This document shows positions 60,401-64,000 of a DNA stretch of 64,000 bases, in pieces (the first letter of the stretch is position 1; every line of letters begins with the position of its first letter). The DNA lies in NCBI GenBank assembly GCA_050287085.1, contig JBNKBE010000020.1, positions 48,949-112,948 on the forward strand, written 5' to 3'. The position numbers and the translations under genes were made by a program. The DNA comes from Polyangiaceae bacterium. Its GTDB lineage: Bacteria > Myxococcota_A > Polyangia > Polyangiales > Polyangiaceae. A model generated the notes under the pieces. It did no database searches and was not told where the DNA came from. It saw only the letters and a program-made list of their open reading frames with translations.

Positions 60401-60632
60401 CCGCAGCGTCATCGTCCGCGCTCGCAGCGTCATCGTCCGCGCTCGCAGCATCGTCGTCCGCGCTCGCAGCGTCGTCGTCCGCGCTCGCGCCGTCGTCGTC
60501 CGCGCTCGCGCCGGCGGTCGGAACGCCACCATCCGGACCTGACTCCGCGGTCTTGTCATCGCCGCAAGCCCCTGTACCAAGGCCTGTAACGAGTAGCGGA
60601 AGCACAAGCTTCCAATAAGAAGGATTCTTCAT
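57426..60632 (-). CDS. Choice-of-anchor I / alkaline phosphatase-like lipoprotein with nested esterase-like-phytase domain
   Basis: Lipobox TGAC. ChoI N-half: FDEGAAEI, G.LPDM, EGE, DLEPEY, LQENNA, PLG.KDH. Insert: GGFSGL, DRGPN, D.EG, DEYRP, NRGFE, DKIGD, K.EG, NDNDFG. ChoI C-half: DASDKD, YMPD, ANEGD.R, KGPEPE, GLER.GG, GDLGPEG, NEVSGT. Confidence 0.85.
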   Translation of the reverse strand: MKNPSYWKLVLPLLVTGLGTGACGDDKTAESGPDGGVPTAGASADDDGASADDDAASADDDAASADDDAASADDDAAGADDDGASADDDAAGADDDAASADDDAAMMDAGVSNPDAGDAPDYSAYPSDGVLRFLAVDRSGVFDEGAAEIVDFHASSRHVFVVDANAAHVRVLTMSQSGALSASATLDPAADIGDFAADVTTSVAVGGELVAVAVAAKDATAAGRVAFYDATTLEFVSSVVVGVLPDMLTFVAGRSAVVVACEGEQARDDNDRILSDAPGSITIVDVSMPEAPLAYDLGFGAFDARIEELRAKGVRIPNLASDFFADGTGEITVSGDLEPEYVAVSPDGTQAFVSLQENNAFAVVALPEDLSAASIVDIVPLGLKDHARGRPVLKTFTVTERPVLGTVTPTGAATGQDILLGGFSGLWFSASESTESRKIFYTIPDRGPNGDPSDINTTHDGDERPHVLPGYAAVIRRLVLDEEAETLVVDEAGDIPLMRPDGVTPISGRPNDPQLDSSEFPVDAEGHALPYDAFGGDFEGLLIDPTDDSFWLCDEYRPAIYNFQADGVMLSRFVPAGTAAAALGSPAAGAYGTETLPAQYRNRRANRGFEAIALDTDNQVVYAFIQTPLANPDRAASDASSVIRMLGIDADKTHSTFGQPVHEYVYLLEAPSLRQSKVDKIGDATYVGDGKFLVVERDSSFEPTAKKSVFEVDLKGASDVLAGEFAGGTLEQHSPEQLAAEGIRPVNKLKLFNPPSLGYVAGDKLEGLALMDDGRIALLNDNDFGLAPEALPGDGTIVLATEHTEEVLGIVSFEGGYSLDASDKDDEVHLQDWNVYGQYMPDGVASYRAADGRTYYLSANEGDSRDYDESRLADLDLDDGVFPGEATLLQDEQLGRLQCSMLDGDLDGDGDYDRIYAYGARSVTLWDAFGNLVWDSGDLFEAIAREEEPNGFNSDNDDNQSFDSRSDAKGPEPESVVVGTVGDKSYAFVGLERVGGVVVLDITEPSAPQYVAWVNPRNFAADAESEAAGDLGPEGLKFVPAEVSPTGTPLLLVANEVSGTTTVFEVHL
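60324..60512. repeat. 21-bp tandem repeat x9 encoding (G/A)A(S/G)ADDD
   Basis: Nine near-identical units counted in the DNA and in the translation. Confidence 0.95.
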
Positions 60633-61328
60633 AGTTGGCTCCGCTTCGGGGCGTAGGTGGGGCCCCAATGCCCTGGTTCCAACGCTAGACCACCATCCAA
60701 TGCAGACGCTGAACCAACCCCGAAAGCGGCAACGTCATAGACGCTGGCGCTCCCCTTGGACCGACGTCCCGGTAGCAAGCTGTCAACGATTGTGTGAACA
60801 AGATGCGGTGGAGCCGAAGGGCCCGCAGGGCCTCCATCGCCGCGGGTGAGGCAGCTTGACGACCGAGAGCTCGGCCGTCGCTCATACGCGTGCCAAACCA
60901 GCCCGAGGAAATCGCTGGGGGCTTGGACTCTTGGACGGCTTCGGGGGGCTGCGCATCGCGACGGTCTGCGACTGCGTTCTGGCGCGCATACCCATTCGAG
61001 CTCAGCGTTCGACGGCTGGCCTGATGTTTACCTGTACGCGTCCGATGAGGGTCCGATGAGGCTTGCTCACGAGGCAAAACCAAGCGCGCAGTTCCGGAGG
61101 GCCAGCTTGATAAGCTATTAGCGGCGCACGCGGCGTTCGAGCGTGACGTTCTCGGTCTCACAAGTCACCCAACGTCCTCCGGGCTGGACCGGCATGGGTA
61201 GTCTGAGGGGGAGCTCACGGTCCTCCATCCGTGTTGGGGTTTGAGTCGAACGCGTCGAGACGTGCGCCGGCTACTCCCAGCGCCGTAGCGGCGGAGCGCG
61301 CCGTCAACCCCCCAGTCGTCACAATAGT

Positions 61329-61737
61329 TGTCGCCTTTTCTAAACCTCTCTCAGGGGCGAGAAGTGCGACCAGCAAGTGCAAATACAGAATCGACGTTAT
61401 CCCATCGAGTTGAAAGAGTCGGTGGTCAGGCGCTACCTCAGTACGGAGGCGAGTTTCCGCGAGCTAGCCGAAGAAATTGGCGCGAGCGTCTGGTCAGTCA
61501 GGTCTTGGGTGCGCGAGTATCAGGCCCAAGGCACCGTGGAAAAAAGAAGAAGCAAACAAGAACAGGTCCACTCCAGACGCGCGCAGCCCCGAGGAGAAGC
61601 TCCGATTGATTCTCACGGCCAAGGGACATTCCGAAGAGAAACGCGGGGAATTTCTGCGCCGGGAGGGCATTCGAGACGGCGACTTGGAGCGCTGGGAGCA
61701 GGACGCATTGACCGGGCTCAAGGGCGTGGTCACTTAG
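61329..61737 (+). pseudogene. Truncated, frameshifted IS3-like transposase orfA (HTH) with possible left end
   Basis: RYPIELKE.VVRR...LAEEIG.S..SV..W.R in frame 61377 continues in the +1 frame as RSPEEKLRLI......RGEFLRREG....L..W...AL. TGTCGC at 61329 is a possible terminus. No DDE domain follows. Confidence 0.7.
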
Positions 61738-61917
61738 TGCACCCGATGCAGGAGGTGCCGCCGCAGGAGCCAATCCGTCACTGGGTGTGTAGCTTCCCCT
61801 GAGGTATGCGCTCCGTTTTGGGCTACAGCCGAGAGCTATGCCGTGCCGCAGCGGCGGCGTGCTCACAAGAGCTGTCTCGCTCTGAAGCGTCGCCCCAAAA
61901 CGCGCCCGGGGCCGCCC
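61731..61917 (+). pseudogene. IS91/ISCR-like (Y2 HUH) transposase fragment
   Basis: Reading through TGA at 61800 gives HLV...EVPPQEPIRHWVCSFP*GMRSVLGYSRELC.......ELSRS. This resembles the HLVD.VLP..P.RQWV.S.PW.LR..L segment that follows the zinc-binding domain of IS91-family transposases. Confidence 0.6.
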
Positions 61918-62169
61918 TCAGCCGATCACCGGCCGGAGCCCCGTGATCCCTCACTCCCGCTCCGGCGGACCCACCTTTCGCCGTTCTTTCGCGCACAAAC
62001 CACAGCATCAACTACCTCCCCCTCGCGGCATAAGCAGCGCCCAGCGAGCAAACGGCAGCATAGCTCGATGCGCGCCGCACCCGTGCCGGAACCCCGAAAG
62101 AGCCTACCGCACGGCAAACCGTGATTCCGATTTCGCATACCGAAGAGCCGCAGTACGCTCACTGACAAC

Positions 62170-62214
62170 CGCGGCTTTGACAGCGACGTCCCGCGGGTGA
62201 ATTAGTAGTTGGGT
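62170..62214 (+). mobile_element. Candidate integron attI-like site / 5' cassette boundary
   Basis: Core GTTGGGT (GTTRRRY) at 62208-62214. It is preceded by AT-rich GAATTAGTA and TTGACA at 62177. No attC-type palindrome is seen upstream. Confidence 0.45.
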
Positions 62215-63951
62215 GGTCCGCAAATTTGTCCCGTCAGCCAGGAACAAGAACCTGAAGTCATCACAAGCGACCGCTCTCCTCGACAAACTTAGAGGCCACG
62301 ATTTCGCCGGCTTTCGGCTCGACAAGGCCATCGGTACCGGCGCGACAGCAGGTGTCTACCGCGCCGTGAACGATGACGGCGTCGTCGCGGCGGTCAAGAT
62401 CTACGAGGCCCAGTTCGCAGATGAGGAGCGGCTCCGGCGCGAGCTCTCGCTTCATGGGCACGATTGTCCCCACCTAGTTAGAATCTACGGCGGCGGGCGG
62501 ACTGCGTTGGAGGAGACGGAACTAAGATACCTTGTGATGGAGTTCATTGATGGCAAGGAGCTCGCGCAAGTTCGAAAGAGCAAGGCACCGATTCCGGACG
62601 CAGAGATTCGGAGACTTCTTCGCCAGCTCTGCATTGCCTGCCTGTACCTGCATGAACGCGACCTCTGCCACCGGGACATCAAACCGCAGAATATCAAGCT
62701 CCGCTCGAATGGCGAGCTGGTTCTCCTGGACATGGGGGTCCTGCGCCCCGCCGGCGACTCTGACTTAACCCAAGAAGGCAGGAACATTGCCACTCGCCGG
62801 TACTCGCCGCCTGAGCTGCAGCACCGACGTGAAGACTCCAGCCGTGATGGCCTAGAGGCCGTAACGGTGTATCAGGTGGGCGCAGTGCTGTATGAGTTGA
62901 TTCAACGCACCAAGCTCTTCGCCAACGTTCCGGATCATCCTGATGCAACGCTGTCACGCGCCATCGACACGGAGATTCCGCGCTTTGTCGGCGCGGAATC
63001 AACGGGGGCTGACCTCCGAGAAGCGACCCTTCGCTGCTTGGTGAAGCACCCTGCTGGTCGTCCCAAACTGAACGAGTTGCTTGCACTCGCCGAACTTGTG
63101 ACGACCCCCTCCACATCGCTGGTTGCGGCCCGCCGAGCGCGTGGCCTTCGAGCAGCAGCCGAGATCGGGTTCGCTGAGCGCACTACGGAGGCGCACCTTT
63201 CCGCGCTATCGAACGATAAGACAATTGCGATCACCACAGCGCAAGAGGCCATCACGTTGGCTAACCTTCCGGAGCCGAAGTTTGATCTCACAGAGCTAAT
63301 TGGCAACAAGTTGCTAGTTGCAACTTTCCCGCAAAGCATAGAGCACGGACTCCCTACTCTCCTGATGCTGGCACTCCTCTTCGAAACACAGCCTGTCGAT
63401 AGTGCGCTACTGATCCGTGGTTGTGGTCTGTATGGCAGTACCTTCGCGCCGGAACCGAAAGAGGTGCCTCATGTATTTATCCGTCGCGACAACAAGGGCC
63501 GAGTAGCGCATGAACCATCTACCCTGGCCATGTTGGAAGTCGTCTGGGAGCTCCCGCTCGACATAGGAACGTTCAAGGCGAAGGTTGCGACTTGGGCGGA
63601 CCAGCTCGCCAACATATACATGTCTCTCACGGAAGGCCCGTTCGAGGAATTGGTAGCGTACCGAAAGGAGGTTGCGGAAGCTCGCCGGCGAGGCGAGCGT
63701 TGCGCGCATCATCCGCGGTCGGTCGGGCCCCTCCTCTTCAACACGACAAAGCAACTTCCGATGAGCCCGCACAGCTGGAAGAACCGCTAGACAATCGGCC
63801 ACCCAACAAGGGTTTGAACCCGACCGGGCCCCTGAAGCGCCTCGCCAGCTGGTAGGTCATCGTCGGAAGGCAGCGAAGCGCCGCCTCTTCCTGAAGCTGA
63901 TGCCACCTGCTAGGTTGTCTTGAAAGGGCCCGGCAGGTTAAACCCGAGCCG
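62209..63951 (+). mobile_element. Integron gene cassette carrying a Ser/Thr kinase
   Basis: GTTGGGTGG at 62208-62216 is the exact reverse complement of CCACCCAAC at 63799-63807. A single ORF fills the interval and ends in an attC. Confidence 0.8.
62213..63790 (+). CDS. Hanks-type Ser/Thr protein kinase with unrecognised C-terminal domain
   Basis: IGTGATAGVY, AAVKIY, E in helix C, YLVMEFIDG, HRDIKPQNI, LLDMG, YSPPE, YQVGAVLYEL, P..RP. No TM helix evident. Start uncertain (GTG 62213 or CTG 62252). Confidence 0.9.
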   Translation: MVRKFVPSARNKNLKSSQATALLDKLRGHDFAGFRLDKAIGTGATAGVYRAVNDDGVVAAVKIYEAQFADEERLRRELSLHGHDCPHLVRIYGGGRTALEETELRYLVMEFIDGKELAQVRKSKAPIPDAEIRRLLRQLCIACLYLHERDLCHRDIKPQNIKLRSNGELVLLDMGVLRPAGDSDLTQEGRNIATRRYSPPELQHRREDSSRDGLEAVTVYQVGAVLYELIQRTKLFANVPDHPDATLSRAIDTEIPRFVGAESTGADLREATLRCLVKHPAGRPKLNELLALAELVTTPSTSLVAARRARGLRAAAEIGFAERTTEAHLSALSNDKTIAITTAQEAITLANLPEPKFDLTELIGNKLLVATFPQSIEHGLPTLLMLALLFETQPVDSALLIRGCGLYGSTFAPEPKEVPHVFIRRDNKGRVAHEPSTLAMLEVVWELPLDIGTFKAKVATWADQLANIYMSLTEGPFEELVAYRKEVAEARRRGERCAHHPRSVGPLLFNTTKQLPMSPHSWKNR

Positions 63952-63957
63952 TTGAGG
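63801..63957 (+). mobile_element. attC: Integron attC recombination site (~157 bp)
   Basis: R'' ACCCAAC at 63801-07, 5-bp spacer, L'' TTT(G)AACC at 63813-20. CG(A)CCGGGCCC pairs with GGGCCCGGCA. L' GGTTAAA at 63936-42 and R' GTTGAGG at 63951-57. Starts 11 bp after the kinase stop. Confidence 0.85.
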
Positions 63958-64000
63958 CCGTAGAAAAACCTACGAGACCCCTTGGATTGTAGCCTCGGGA

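Noticed and set aside
60324..60512. 21-bp repeats as CRISPR or non-coding repeat
   Set aside because: No spacers, and the repeats are in frame within a coding linker.
60779..60800. Pho box upstream of the phosphatase (minus strand GTTCACA-CAATC-GTTGACA)
   Set aside because: The repeat period is 12 rather than 11 bp and there are only two imperfect units. Suggestive but unsupported.
60685..61330. ORFs between the phosphatase and the IS remnant, including a possible intI
   Set aside because: No tyrosine-recombinase or other recognisable motifs in any listed frame.
61539..61547. A6G as a programmed -1 frameshift of an active IS3
   Set aside because: The downstream homologous frame is +1 relative to the first and no orfB/DDE domain follows. 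Mutational decay is more likely.

Overview
GC-rich window whose gene content points to a myxobacterium, probably Polyangiaceae-like (inference). Indicators are a MYXO-CTERM-like tail, a fibro-slime/Cys-rich repeat protein, a DUF1552/DUF1592 pair, many lipoproteins and a Hanks kinase. About 45 plausible CDS are present. From left to right: a YqiJ-flotillin-giant AAA ATPase-GDCCVxC operon; secreted/surface proteins; an orphan CheW with an inserted CZB zinc domain; a di-heme cytochrome; a surface-glycan modification cluster; an ECF sigma factor with YciI; a complete TPR/VPEID-CTERM/exosortase E sorting locus; and a composite alkaline phosphatase. The signal least visible in the ORF track is at the right end. 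A Ser/Thr kinase gene is packaged as an integron gene cassette, opening with GTTGGGT at 62208 and closing with a well-formed ~157 bp attC at 63801-63957. It follows an attI-like site, but no integrase is visible. Decayed IS3-like and IS91-like transposase fragments lie where intI would be expected. No rRNA, tRNA or CRISPR array was recognised. All family assignments come from motif recognition by eye, not database searches.
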